Source: Hormoscilla sp. SP12CHS1
Lineage (GTDB): Bacteria; Cyanobacteriota; Cyanobacteriia; Cyanobacteriales; Desertifilaceae
Direction: 5' to 3'
NCBI GenBank assembly: GCA_014324065.1
Contig: JACOMV010000017.1
Span: 1 to 59,973 of the forward strand
DNA length: 59,973 nucleotides
In this document: positions 18,456 through 28,606 of the stretch, one piece after another
Layout of the letters: each line of letters opens with the position of its first letter
Numbering within the stretch: position 1 is the first letter of the stretch
Notes under the pieces: model-generated
Database searches by the model: none
What the model saw: the letters and a program-made list of their open reading frames with translations, nothing else
What the model was told of the DNA's origin: nothing
Made by a program: the position numbers and the translations under genes

Positions 18456-20249
18456 ATGTCTCTTCCTATCCGTAACGTAGCCATTATTGCCCACGTCGAT
18501 CATGGCAAAACTACTCTCGTTGACGCCCTCCTGAAACAGTCTGGTATCTTCCGGGAAGGCGAAGATGTGCCTGACTGCGTCATGGACTCCAATGACTTGG
18601 AACGGGAGCGGGGTATCACTATACTCTCAAAAAATACCGCTGTCAAGTACAAGGATACCTTAATTAACATTGTCGATACTCCCGGTCACGCTGACTTTGG
18701 CGGTGAGGTGGAACGGGTCCTGGGTATGGTGGATGGCTGTATCCTCATTGTTGATGCTAATGAAGGCCCGATGCCTCAGACCCGCTTTGTGCTCAAAAAG
18801 GCCCTGGAAAAGGGTTTGCGCCCTATTGTAGTTGTCAATAAGATCGATCGCCTCCAAGTGGACCCCCACGGCGCGGTGAATAAAGTGCTGGATCTGTTCC
18901 TAGAATTGGGTGCAGATGACGACCAATGCGAGTTTCCCTATCTGTTTGCTTCGGGTTTACAAGGTTATGCTAAAGATGATTTAGATGCTGAAGGGGTGGA
19001 TATGCAACCCCTGTTTGAGGCTATTCTCCATCACGTTTCGCCTCCGGTAGGTGACCCGGATAAACCCCTACAGTTGCAAGTGACGACTCTGGATTATTCT
19101 GAATATCTGGGTCGGATTGTGATTGGCAGAATCCACAATGGTACGATTAAAGCAGGTCAACAAGCCGCGATCGTCACGGAAACTGGGGCTATTGTCAAGG
19201 CAAAGGTCTCCAAGTTGATGGGGTTTAAAGGTCTCAAGCGCATCGACCTGGACTCAGCTTCCGCAGGGAATATTGTGGCGGTGGCGGGGTTCGCTGATGC
19301 TAATATTGGCGAGACCATTACTTGTCCGAATGAACCCCAAGCTTTACCTTTGATTAAGGTGGACGAACCGACTTTGCAGATGACTTTCTTGGTGAATGAT
19401 TCGCCTTTCGCGGGGAAAGAGGGAGATCACGTGACTTCCCGGCAATTGCGCGATCGCCTGTGGCGGGAACTGGAAACAAATGTGGCCCTGCGGGTAGAAG
19501 AAACGGACTCCCCAGATAAGTTTGCGGTCTCGGGACGGGGGGAGTTGCATCTGGGAATTTTAATCGAAACCATGCGGCGGGAAGGCTATGAATTCCAGGT
19601 TTCTCAACCCCAAGTTATCTATCGGGAAGTGAAGGGCAAACCCTGCGAACCCTTTGAATGCTTAATCCTGGACGTTCCCGAAACAGCAGCAGGCGGTTGC
19701 ATCGAAAGACTGGGACAGCGTAAGGGGGAAATGCAGGATATGCAAATGACTGGTAACGGACGCACCCAGTTAGAATTTATCATCCCGGCCCGGGGTTTAA
19801 TCGGTTTTCGGGGTGAATTCATGCGCCTGACGCGGGGCGAGGGAATCATGAATCACAGCTTTTTCGACTATCGTCCCTTGACTGGGGAAGTAGACACCCG
19901 CCGTAATGGGGTGCTGGTTGCTTTTGAAGAAGGATCTGCGACTTTCTACGCCCTGAAAAATGCGGAAGACCGAGGGGTATTCTTCATTACCCCTGGGACG
20001 AAGGTGTATAAAGGCATGATTATCGGGGAACACAACCGCCCCCAAGATTTGGATTTGAATATCTGTAAGACTAAGCAGCTGACTAACATGCGTTCTTCTA
20101 CGGGGGATGAGTTGGTACAACTGCAATCACCTTTGGAAATGAGTTTAGAACGCGCTTTGGAGTATATCGGACCGGATGAGTTGGTGGAGGTAACCCCCAA
20201 GTCTATTCGTCTGCGGAAGCTGAAAGCTAAGAAGTTGGCAAAGCGTTAG
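18456..20249 (+). CDS. typA: Translational GTPase TypA/BipA
   Basis: Start at MSLPIRNVAIIAHVDHGKTTL. DTPGHADFGGEVER and NKIDR motifs. 597 aa. Confidence 0.95.
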   Translation: MSLPIRNVAIIAHVDHGKTTLVDALLKQSGIFREGEDVPDCVMDSNDLERERGITILSKNTAVKYKDTLINIVDTPGHADFGGEVERVLGMVDGCILIVDANEGPMPQTRFVLKKALEKGLRPIVVVNKIDRLQVDPHGAVNKVLDLFLELGADDDQCEFPYLFASGLQGYAKDDLDAEGVDMQPLFEAILHHVSPPVGDPDKPLQLQVTTLDYSEYLGRIVIGRIHNGTIKAGQQAAIVTETGAIVKAKVSKLMGFKGLKRIDLDSASAGNIVAVAGFADANIGETITCPNEPQALPLIKVDEPTLQMTFLVNDSPFAGKEGDHVTSRQLRDRLWRELETNVALRVEETDSPDKFAVSGRGELHLGILIETMRREGYEFQVSQPQVIYREVKGKPCEPFECLILDVPETAAGGCIERLGQRKGEMQDMQMTGNGRTQLEFIIPARGLIGFRGEFMRLTRGEGIMNHSFFDYRPLTGEVDTRRNGVLVAFEEGSATFYALKNAEDRGVFFITPGTKVYKGMIIGEHNRPQDLDLNICKTKQLTNMRSSTGDELVQLQSPLEMSLERALEYIGPDELVEVTPKSIRLRKLKAKKLAKR

Positions 20250-20254
20250 AATCA

Positions 20255-20352
20255 GCGGCAGGTTGAAGCGGCAGGTTGTAGCGGCAGGTTGTAGCGGCAG
20301 GTTGTAGCGGCAGGTTGAAGCGGCAGGTTGAAGCGGCAGGTTGTAGCGGCAG
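20255..20352 (+). repeat. 13-bp tandem repeat GCGGCAGGTTGwA, 7 full copies plus 1 partial
   Basis: Copies start at 20255, 20268, 20281, 20294, 20307, 20320, 20333 and 20346 (partial). The unit matches the left arm of the hairpin at 20429-20446. Confidence 0.9.
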
Positions 20353-20428
20353 TTAACATGATTGGTAGAGTGGGAATGGCCTACCAATTACCCAATAGGT
20401 TGGGAATCGCCCCCACCAATCACCAGTC

Positions 20429-20477
20429 GGCAGGTTAAAACCTGCCGCTACACAAACCAAGCCCGCGCAGGCGGGCT
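20429..20477 (+). repeat. Family-A two-hairpin module
   Basis: GGCAGGTTAAAACCTGCC, then GCTACACAAACCAAG, then CCCGCGCAGGCGGG. Confidence 0.8.
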
Positions 20478-20538
20478 ATAAAGAAATTAATGTAACTCAT
20501 GACATCAGAAGGAAATGTCGCAGACACGGGAATCTTAA

Positions 20539-21330
20539 ATGAGGCTCGCGAATCAATCTCAAAGGCAACTCAGAAAGCTAAAGGATGCCGACGCCGCCGC
20601 AAACAGTAATAGAATTGAAGTGGAGTGGATAAAAATAATGGAACGGGCAAATATTAACGCATTGCTAGATAAGCGTGATTCAGATGATCCGACGCTGCAA
20701 GTGGCATCCCTGATGGATATGGTTGATACTAAAGCTTATGCAGCGGCACCGAAAATACTGAGATTGCTGAAGTCCCCCGCAGCGGATATTCGCTCCTCAG
20801 CAGCATACGCATTGGGTTATCTGGGAAGGCAAGATTTGAAATCTGTTGGTGCTGCGCTCATGGACTCTCTGGATGACCCAGAAGAAATTGTGAGGTCGGA
20901 AGTTGTGGAGGCCCTGGGGGAACTGAGTTATATTCAAGCAGTCGCTTCTATCGAGTATTTGCTCAGAAATGATGCTTCTCCCCTGGTGCGGGCATCGGCG
21001 GCAGAAGCTCTTGGGGCCTTGGGAGTTTCTGAGGCTTTATCAACCCTTGAACTGGCATTGCTTGATGTTGATGAGGATGACTCGGTTAGAGCATTTGCTG
21101 CTAACTCTATTGGGCTTTTGGCTACAGAACAACTATTACCAAAAATTGCTGAATATGCTCGATCTGAACATTCCCTCTCTGTTAAAGCTGAATTACTCGC
21201 AGCTATGTATTGTCAGGGGGAGATCGGGGCTATTAACCAGCTATTGAGTTTGCTAGATAATGCTGATGAATCTCTGGCAATTAATATCCTGAATATTTTA
21301 ACTGACTTGACGGAACGTCAGATGCGATAG
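20539..21330 (+). CDS. HEAT-repeat (PBS-lyase-like) protein
   Basis: Repeated VR..A..ALG motifs (IRSSAAYALGYLG, VRSEVVEALGELS, VRASAAEALGALG, VRAFAANSIGLL). Start uncertain (20539 or 20638). Confidence 0.7.
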   Translation: MRLANQSQRQLRKLKDADAAANSNRIEVEWIKIMERANINALLDKRDSDDPTLQVASLMDMVDTKAYAAAPKILRLLKSPAADIRSSAAYALGYLGRQDLKSVGAALMDSLDDPEEIVRSEVVEALGELSYIQAVASIEYLLRNDASPLVRASAAEALGALGVSEALSTLELALLDVDEDDSVRAFAANSIGLLATEQLLPKIAEYARSEHSLSVKAELLAAMYCQGEIGAINQLLSLLDNADESLAINILNILTDLTERQMR

Positions 21331-21442
21331 AGCCTTGCTGAGGACGGACCTGACATTCATAATACATTGGAGCGATGTGCCCGTCGCTTCCCCATCCTGG
21401 GGACTCACGCTGAAGAGATTGTTGCTACAATGGACAGGCGAT

Positions 21443-21553
21443 GGCTGCGCGAAAAATCGGGCTTTTGACTGCGTAAGTTGGGTTGACGAGAGGAAACCCA
21501 ACATGATAAGGTTAACAGCAGCTATAGGTTGGGTTTCGTGCCTCAACCCAACC
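21443..21553. repeat. Dispersed repeats: family G core plus two GTTGGGTT/AACCCAAC hairpins (family F)
   Basis: GGCTGCGCGAAAAATCGGG at 21443-21461. Hairpins at 21477-21502 and 21527-21553. Confidence 0.7.
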
Positions 21554-21617
21554 GAGGATAATTTGGTAAAAATGTCAAAAATTGTGTTACGATGATTTTA
21601 GGTAAGAGAAGGAGTTA

Positions 21618-21836
21618 GTGAAAATGGGAGAGCGAGTAATAGCAGATTTGACAGTAGAGGAACTCAAAGCTTTGATTGCTGAGGTGGTAGATGAGCGAAT
21701 GCGGTACTGGCGAGAACCCGAACCACTGGTGGATAAAGTGGCTTTGAAGAAGACGTTTGAGTCGATCGACAGCCATATGTGGACTCCACCACCAGGAGCA
21801 GTTGTAGAAATGCTGCGTGCAGATCGAGATCGATAA
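21618..21836 (+). CDS. VapB-like antitoxin paralog 1
   Basis: MKMGERVIADLTVEELKALIAEVVDER... The family partner of the PIN toxin is seen intact at 49740-49982. Confidence 0.6.
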   Translation: MKMGERVIADLTVEELKALIAEVVDERMRYWREPEPLVDKVALKKTFESIDSHMWTPPPGAVVEMLRADRDR

Positions 21837-21913
21837 TAGCAAGAAATAAAGTTGATGCCAATTTGGTGCGCCCAAAATTGTGTTACGATGATTTTAGGTA
21901 AGAGAAGGAGTTA

Positions 21914-22153
21914 GTGAAAATGGGAAAGCGAGTAATAGCAGATTTGACAGTAGAGGAACTCAAAGCTTTGATTGCTGAGGTGGTAGATGAGCGGTTACAG
22001 CTCTGGCAAAAACCACAAAGTCCAAAAGAATCGCGATCGGCCAAGGATATTTTGTCAAAGATGGATAAAATCAGGATGAAGTCAAAACCAAGAGAACCAA
22101 CCCTCAGCCAAATAATTATTGAGGAGCGAAATAAATGGCGGGAAGTTATGTAG
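21914..22153 (+). CDS. VapB-like antitoxin paralog 2 (tandem duplicate, 296-bp period)
   Basis: Leader plus the first ~30 codons are nearly identical to 21577-21705. The C-terminus (PTLSQIIIEERNKWREVM) resembles the copy at 49740. Confidence 0.6.
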   Translation: MKMGKRVIADLTVEELKALIAEVVDERLQLWQKPQSPKESRSAKDILSKMDKIRMKSKPREPTLSQIIIEERNKWREVM

Positions 22154-22562
22154 TTGATACCATCACTATCTGTACGCGGATACCTACACGCCACAGGTAA
22201 AGGTTTTGGTAGATAGGATGTACTAAGGCGATCGGTTGTATATTCCCGAATTTTGCCTGATAGAGTGCGTAAATGTTTTGTGGAAAAAAGTCCGCTTTCA
22301 AGGACTGCTACAGACAAATGCAGAGCAATTAATTGATGACTTGTTGGTTCTGCCTTTCCAGATTGTACCAGTAAATCAACTACTATTGCAGGCTTTGCAA
22401 ATTGGTTTGACTCGTAAATTGGCAGTGTACGATTCACTTTATATTGCTTTGGCCTTGGATCTGGATTGCCCATTAATTACGGTAGACGATATCCAAGCAG
22501 ATGCGGCGGCCCAAAACAGTGTTACCCTCAAACTGATTACTGATTTCTCGCCAGAAGCATGA
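22135..22562 (+). pseudogene. vapC: PIN-domain VapC toxin gene inactivated by a 10-nt deletion
   Basis: Aligned with the intact paralog (49321-49758). After MAGSYVVD the sequence is 10 nt shorter between codon 8 and LYIPEF, giving a TAA stop. The remaining 108 codons are in another frame. Confidence 0.75.
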
Positions 22563-22679
22563 GGGCCAAAATGGGATCTTGGGAGGCAGATACTCTAGCA
22601 TATCGTTCCCAGTATCTTGCTGGGAACGAGGGTAATAACCGGCAGGTGTCAACTTGTGTTATTATTAATGATAGGGCAG

Positions 22680-22708
22680 TTGACGATTTCAGTCAGGCGC
22701 AGTATGAT
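22680..22708 (+). promoter_or_regulatory. Promoter-like copy 1 (TTGACG-17-TATGAT)
   Basis: Direct duplicate of the element at 22724-22752. Confidence 0.45.
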
Positions 22709-22723
22709 GGTAGGGGTGAAGAG

Positions 22724-22752
22724 TTGACAATTTCAGTCAGGCGCAGTATGAT
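22724..22752 (+). promoter_or_regulatory. Consensus sigma70-type promoter TTGACA-17-TATGAT
   Basis: TTGACA at 22724-22729, 17-nt spacer, TATGAT at 22747-22752. GAGGAGG at 22762-22768 and ATG at 22779. Confidence 0.6.
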
Positions 22753-22778
22753 GACTAGAAGCGAGGAGGTTCCAATTC

Positions 22779-24115
22779 ATGGCTACAAGTACAGAGGTAT
22801 TGAAGCGCATATTTAACGCTTTTGACCCTTTTAGACCCCTACCTGCCGGCGATCAGGGTTATGTTGACTGTCGGGAAGTCCGGGGAGATGGAGACATTCT
22901 GTTTCAGTTAAGTAGAGAGATTGTCTACTCAGACCCGATGACCTGTCAACTGTATACCGGTCATCGGGGGGCGGGAAAATCAACAGAACTGTTAAAGCTG
23001 AAGAAATATTTAGAAGACGAGAAGTTCTATGTTGTTTACTTTGCTGCTGACGACGAAAATGATATCGATCCAGAAGATACCCAATATACGGAGCTGCTTT
23101 TAGCTTGTACTCGGCATTTGCTCAAATCACTCAAGGATAAGGCTAACCCGAATCCATTGCTGAATTGGCTGAAGAAACGCTGGGAATCGATCAAAGACCT
23201 GCTGTTGACTGAAATAGATTTCGATAATTTGACAATTGAGGCTCAGATATCTCTGTTTGGCAAAATTACTGCTACCTTGAGAACGGCTCCCAATGCCCGT
23301 CAGCGAATTCGGGAACAGGTGGAAAGCAATACGGTTTCTTTGATAGAAGCTTTGAATGACTTTATCGATGAGGCGAAAGGTAAACTCCCTGACGGCTGTT
23401 CTCAATTGGTGGTCATTGCTGATAATCTTGATCGCATCGTCCCCATAATAGACTTGGAGAGCAAGCGCCTCAACCACGACCAAATTTTTATAGACCGCAG
23501 CGAACAACTCAAGAAGTTAAATTGCCACTTGATCTACACGGTGCCTATTTCTCTGGTATATTCCGAACGGGCGACAATTTTAGAAGATAGATACGGTGCG
23601 GTTCAGGCTTTGCCCATGATTATAGTTCGCAACCGCGAGAACGGTCAACCTTACCAACCGGGAATTGATAAACTCAAAGAGTTGATTGATAAACGACTTC
23701 AAACCCTTGATTTAGGCTTGTCCTTGACCCAAGTGTTTGGTGACGATCGGGTGCTGAACGATTTATGTACGATCAGCGGCGGAATTTGATGCTCTTGATG
23801 AAGACGGCGGTGCGTGAAACAACTGATTTGCCAATTTCCCAGAGGGCTGTCCAGCGCTAGATCGCTGACTTCCGGAATACTTATCGTAAGGCTATCGAAG
23901 AACATGAATGGTCAATCTTAGCGAAGGTGCATCTGACGAAGGACAAGCTGAATAATGTGGAAAATAATAAATTGTTGTTCAATCGCTGCATTTTGGAGTA
24001 TCATGACGTAGAAGGTGGAAATATTCGACCTTGGCATGACGTTCATCCTCTGATTTTGGAGATCGAAAAATTTCAAGAGGCCCTGTCCCGGGAGTCGAGC
24101 AATGAGACAAGATAG
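22779..24115 (+). pseudogene. P-loop NTPase (STAND/AAA-like), disrupted by a frameshift and an in-frame TAG
   Basis: Walker A GHRGAGKST and Walker B-like LVVIADNLD. The frame changes near 23783-23789 (ISGG / NLMLLMKTAVRE). TAG at 23858-23860. The same frame continues through the 23927-24115 ORF. Confidence 0.65.
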
Positions 24116-24489
24116 ATTTAAGGAAAATTATTTTCTGGTTTCAGAAGAGAAATATCAATCCCTGCTGCGATCGGTAGATTGGATAGAAGGGTTTGGGCTG
24201 TTATTTGTGGAATGATCGCCCGCTCAAGGAAATCAAATAATTGAGAGAATACGGGAAGATTTACCGGAAAAGAAGGTAGAGGTGTTGCATCTCCAGGAGG
24301 CGATCGACGATCTTTACGATAGAATTGCGAATTTACCCGAGTTAGACAAGATAAATGTGGTGTTTATCAAAGGTTTAGAAGTTTCCCTATACGAATATGA
24401 AGAGACGATGCTCAAGGATAGCGACGAACGCTACAAGTATCCTTGGAGTTCGGTACCTCGCATTTTAGGAAATCTGAATTTCCAGCGGC
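24102..24489 (+). pseudogene. N-terminal fragment of a large STAND/TPR-type gene (in-frame TGA, 3-prime truncated)
   Basis: ATG overlaps the previous stop. GFGLLFVE-TGA(24213-24215)-SPAQGNQIIERIREDLP...VVFIKGLEV...LGNLNFQR resembles N-termini of cyanobacterial TPR/CHAT proteins. Homology to the Uma2 3-prime end begins near 24490. Confidence 0.45.
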
Positions 24490-24867
24490 GGAAATTGCTG
24501 AATATTGGATCTACGATCCCAAAGAGAAACGAGTGCGCGTGTTTGCAAATCCTAGCAATGAAGAGGGATTTCCAGTCAGTTTGAGGAGTTCGCTTTATCG
24601 GTAAAAGAATTACTCGATCCGCCATCAGTGGACGAATTAGTTAAAGCAGAACAAGCCAAAATCAAAACCTTAGAACAACGGGCTGAAACCTTAGAACAAC
24701 AGGTCGAAATCGAACTTCAACAAGCCGAAGCAGAACGCCAACGGGCCGAAACCTTAGAACAGGAGGTCGAAACCGAACGTCAACAAACTCAATCAGAACG
24801 CCAACGGGCCGAAAAGTTCGCCCAACTGTTGCTAAAAATGGGACTAGACCCCGAGGAGATCGATTAA
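24490..24867 (+). pseudogene. 3-prime fragment of a Uma2-family nuclease gene (copy a)
   Basis: Nucleotide identity to 25630-26023 (EIAEYWIYDPKEKRVRVFANPSNEEG... then an ERQRAE coiled coil and LLKMGLDPEEID). Confidence 0.7.
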
Positions 24868-24900
24868 AATACCTGCGCTCAAATCGGGTAAGAACCGGTA

Positions 24901-24933
24901 GGGTGGGCACCGCCCACCAGGCACCGCCCACCA
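24901..24933. repeat. Family-E palindromic repeat GGGTGGGCACCGCCCACC (1.5 copies)
   Basis: Also at 26037-26054, 33506-23, 46591-46623, and a variant at 45421-45437. Confidence 0.85.
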
Positions 24934-25172
24934 GCAATCGATAAGGCGATCGCATAAATTGGAGATCGCCCCAATATGCCAGCAGAGATTGATAGATGTA
25001 AGAGCGCAATATTATGGTCATAATGTGCTAGACTGCATCCCCATTTTGCCCGCTCGCTGCAATCTGTATTACAAGAAAAATAATTCAACCTGTTTGGTTT
25101 CCAAGGCTATTATGGCCCGAGATGAACCCGTGTTAGAATAGTTGATGAACGCGATCTCCAAGGAGGCCAAAA

Positions 25173-26023
25173 ATGACTCAAGCTGTCGTTTCAGCAACGG
25201 AGGTGGCCATCAAGGAACCTCCTGAAATTGAACATCTGTTAACCTTCCAAGAATATCTGGATTATGAAGTCCAACCGGGTGTTCTTTATGAATTAGTCAA
25301 GGGAAAACTAATACCCATGGGAGCAACTACCCACAATCATACCAATATTTACAGGTTTCTGGTTCACAAGTTCCAGCGCTACTTTGCGACAAAAAAATTG
25401 GATTTAGTCGTGACAGGTTTAGCCACTGGTGTCCGAACGGAAGAAAAAACATCACGAATTCCCGATGTGGTAGTCTATAGCAAAGCTGTTTGGAATAAAG
25501 TTCGTCATCGCCCAGGGGCTGGAGTTTTGGATTTTGACGAAAAGCCGATGCTGGTAATAGAGATTGTCAGCAGCGATCTCCGGAATGATTACGTGATTAA
25601 ACGGAACGAATACGAAGTGGTGGAAATTGCTGAATATTGGATCTACGATCCCAAAGAGAAACGAGTGCGCGTGTTTGCAAATCCTAGCAATGAAGAGGGA
25701 TAGATTTTCCCGCAGAGACATCAATTGTTTCCAGTCAGTTTGAGGAGTTCAGTTTATCGGTAAAAGAACTACTCGATCCACCGTCAGTGGAAGACTTAAT
25801 TCTAGCAGAACAAGCTGAAATGGAAACCTGGAAACAACAGGCCGAAACCGAACGCCAACGGGCCGAAGCAGAACGCCAACGGGCCGAAACCGAACGCCAA
25901 CGGGCCGAAACCGAACGTCAACAAGCCCAAGCAGAACGCCAACGGACTGAAAAGTTAGCCCAGCGCTTACTAAAAATGGGAGTCCCCCCCGACGAGATCG
26001 ATAAAATTATCTCCGAAGATTAG
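25173..26023 (+). pseudogene. Uma2-family (DUF820) nuclease gene, copy b, broken by a 10-nt deletion
   Basis: About 85 percent identical to the intact copy at 46636-47574. At ~25700 GGATA-GATTTT replaces GGATATAGTTTTGTAGATTTT, giving a TAG. The C-terminal coiled-coil part is in another frame (25787-26023). Confidence 0.75.
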
Positions 26024-26354
26024 GTAGGAACCCCTAGGGTGGGCACCGCCCACCAGCAATCGGTAGGGCGATCGCACCAGTCTCCAAAATCACTGCGAGC
26101 GATCGCCCCTTACAAAGGCGATAGTTGTACCGATGAACCGATAATGCGATCGCACCACCCCCAAATACACCAGTTCCAGATCGTCCCAATCGACTTTCGG
26201 GATAACTTGAGCCTAGACAATATGCTATAGCTCCACGAACCTGTATAATACTTACTATGAAACGCGACGATCGGATAAATCCAGAGAGCCCTTTGGATAA
26301 AAAGCTACAGCGCGAACGAGCGCTTGCAGTCAAGTAGGGAAAGGAAATATTATT

Positions 26355-26753
26355 TTGAACATTGAAACACGGCTACTGCGGATCCCGATCGTGGAAGATA
26401 CCGCCGATCGCCAGGAAATCTTGCGTTCCCTCTATCGCGCCCATGCCTGGGTAATGGTAGATTCGAGTCACCGAGCCATATCTTTAATCCGTGCCTACAG
26501 TTTTGACCTGATTTCCCTTGATTATAATATCCAGGGAGGGGATGCTGTAGCCCGGGCGATCCTGGAAACCCCCGATCTGACGGCCCGGATTATTATTCAC
26601 TCTATGAATCCCAAAGGATCCGCATTGATATCGAGTATTCTACCTGATGCGATCGCCTTTCCGGTTAATAAAATGATCGCATCCAATGCACGCTTCAAGC
26701 AACTTAGAGAAAGGATCGATCGCGAAGGAATAGCCTTTGATTGGCAGTTATAA
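26355..26753 (+). CDS. Stand-alone receiver-like (CheY fold) domain protein
   Basis: IVEDTADRQEIL...FDLISLDYNIQGGD...IIIHSMNPKG pattern. TTG start. Confidence 0.5.
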   Translation: MNIETRLLRIPIVEDTADRQEILRSLYRAHAWVMVDSSHRAISLIRAYSFDLISLDYNIQGGDAVARAILETPDLTARIIIHSMNPKGSALISSILPDAIAFPVNKMIASNARFKQLRERIDREGIAFDWQL

Positions 26754-26929
26754 AAGCACTGCTCACCAGCAGCAGGCTGTAACCATTGTGTTCCTATATA
26801 CTGCCAGAATGCTAGTTCATTCTAACACTCATAAACATTGTTTAAGCATTATTTTATTAGTCGGTTTTAACCGACTTTAGCTATTAGCCGGGGGTTTGAA
26901 CCACCGGCGGTCTAACAGCGAAGATTCTC

Positions 26930-28606
26930 CTATTCTCTATTACCCCGGCGCCGCACTTGGGAACTTTTGTGAATAAACCAAGCCCCTTGAGGGTTACCTG
27001 TGAGATCGCAATTTTTAATAGTGCCGCTGCTGTTACTATGTACATATACAGCATAATTATTATTTTGATTAATTCGGCATTTTATGATCGCAGGGTTACC
27101 CCCTTCTTTAATTGCCACCCCCGCCAAATAATTGTCATAAATGTAGCAATCATCTACTGTCCCCTGACCGTTCTGATAGACAAAGATGCCCGCTTCTTTG
27201 CTACCGTGAATTTGGCAGCGTCTGATCGCCGGTTTGCTAGTAGCACCCTGAATGCTAATACAGGAAAGAGAGTCGGAGGTAATGTCGCAATCTTCCAAGA
27301 TTAACTCTCCTTTAGGAATGTCTACAGCGAAGTATTTCTTCCCCTTAACTCCTGCTTGACCCCGCAAAGTTAAATTCTGCACTACAGCATAGTCAGTTTG
27401 CATCAGAATGCAGTCCGATTCCCCTGTTTCTATGACGATTTCTTCCCGGGCACCGTCCCCAATGATTTCTAGGGGTTTATCGATCGTCACCCCTTCTCTA
27501 TATATACCTGGACGCACCAATATCCGCGTCCCGGGTGACACGGATGCGATCGCCTGACCGATAGTTTTGTAATCGCCGCGTCCCAGCTTAGAAACGATCG
27601 CAGTGGGAATCTGTTTCTCCGGTGGAGGCGGGGGCTGCTTCTGGAAAAAACCCCCGATCAAATCAATCAATTTATTGCCAGATTTACCTGTAGACGGTGA
27701 CAGGGCGTGGTACGCTTCTGCTGCTGATTGATAGCGCCGATGTCGGTCTTTTTGCAGCATCTTGGCCAGGATTCGGTCCAATTCCTTACTAATGGGTTTC
27801 CGCAAATGCTGCCGCCAATTTTGCACCCATTCATAGCCGTGATTTAATAGCAATGCATGGGGGTTAACCTGAGTCAGCAACTGAAAGCAAGTCACCCCCA
27901 AACTAAACATATCGCTAGCTGGATAGGCTTCCCCCCATTGCATTTGCTCGATCGGGGAATAGCCCAGGGTACCAATTATCGTGCCTCTCTTGGCCACAGT
28001 GGCCGCCAACTCCTTAGAGGCCCCAAAATCAATGAGCACGAACTGACCGCCCCGGGCCGCGATCGAACTGGAAGTAAATTGAGGAGTACTGCGGCGGATA
28101 ATATTAGAAGGCTTCAGGTCGCGATGAATGACGGAACAGTCGTGGATCGACTCCAGGACAGGTAGAAGATCCAGTAGCAACTCAACAATTTTGCTTTCAT
28201 TCCAGGTGACCGACTGTGGCAACTTATCCAAGGTTTCGCCGACAATAAACTCCTGGACTAAATACAACTGACCGTTGTCCTCAAAAAAAGCATTAAGGGT
28301 GAGAATTTGGGGATGTTGTCCCAGATATTGCAGGCGTTTTGCCTCTTGCTCGAAATGTCTCTTGGCCATCTGGAGTGATTTCGGGTCTTGCACTTTTGGT
28401 GCTAACTGCTTAATCACGCAGTGTTCGTGCAGCTTATCCGTGTCTTCTGCAAGATAGGTTCTGCCAAACCCCCCTTCATCGGAAAGTAACCTTTTAGCCC
28501 GATAGCGGCCCCGTAGCGACTGGAGGCGCGTTCCACAAGCTTGACAAAAATTGTTGCGATCGGGATTATGGGGTTTGGGGCAATTAGGATTTAAACAGCA
28601 ACTCAT
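26930..28606 (-). CDS. Ser/Thr protein kinase with an N-terminal 4-Cys zinc ribbon and C-terminal right-handed beta-helix repeats
   Basis: CLNPNCPKPHN..FCQACG, kinase motifs HRDLKPSNI, DFGASK and GYSPIEQ, and C-terminal parallel beta-helix-like repeats. Confidence 0.85.
   Translation of the reverse strand: MSCCLNPNCPKPHNPDRNNFCQACGTRLQSLRGRYRAKRLLSDEGGFGRTYLAEDTDKLHEHCVIKQLAPKVQDPKSLQMAKRHFEQEAKRLQYLGQHPQILTLNAFFEDNGQLYLVQEFIVGETLDKLPQSVTWNESKIVELLLDLLPVLESIHDCSVIHRDLKPSNIIRRSTPQFTSSSIAARGGQFVLIDFGASKELAATVAKRGTIIGTLGYSPIEQMQWGEAYPASDMFSLGVTCFQLLTQVNPHALLLNHGYEWVQNWRQHLRKPISKELDRILAKMLQKDRHRRYQSAAEAYHALSPSTGKSGNKLIDLIGGFFQKQPPPPPEKQIPTAIVSKLGRGDYKTIGQAIASVSPGTRILVRPGIYREGVTIDKPLEIIGDGAREEIVIETGESDCILMQTDYAVVQNLTLRGQAGVKGKKYFAVDIPKGELILEDCDITSDSLSCISIQGATSKPAIRRCQIHGSKEAGIFVYQNGQGTVDDCYIYDNYLAGVAIKEGGNPAIIKCRINQNNNYAVYVHSNSSGTIKNCDLTGNPQGAWFIHKSSQVRRRGNRE

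Noticed and set aside
20255-20352. Tandem arrays (20255-20352, 30205-30304, 31371-31502, 13511-13583) considered as CRISPR arrays
   Set aside because: The units are contiguous (8-28 bp) with no unique spacers, and no cas genes are present. They are simple tandem repeats tied to hairpin repeat families.
22559-22816. 85-aa ORF between vapC and the NTPase gene
   Set aside because: It spans the duplicated promoter (22680-22752) and overlaps the NTPase start. It has no motif and is most likely non-coding.
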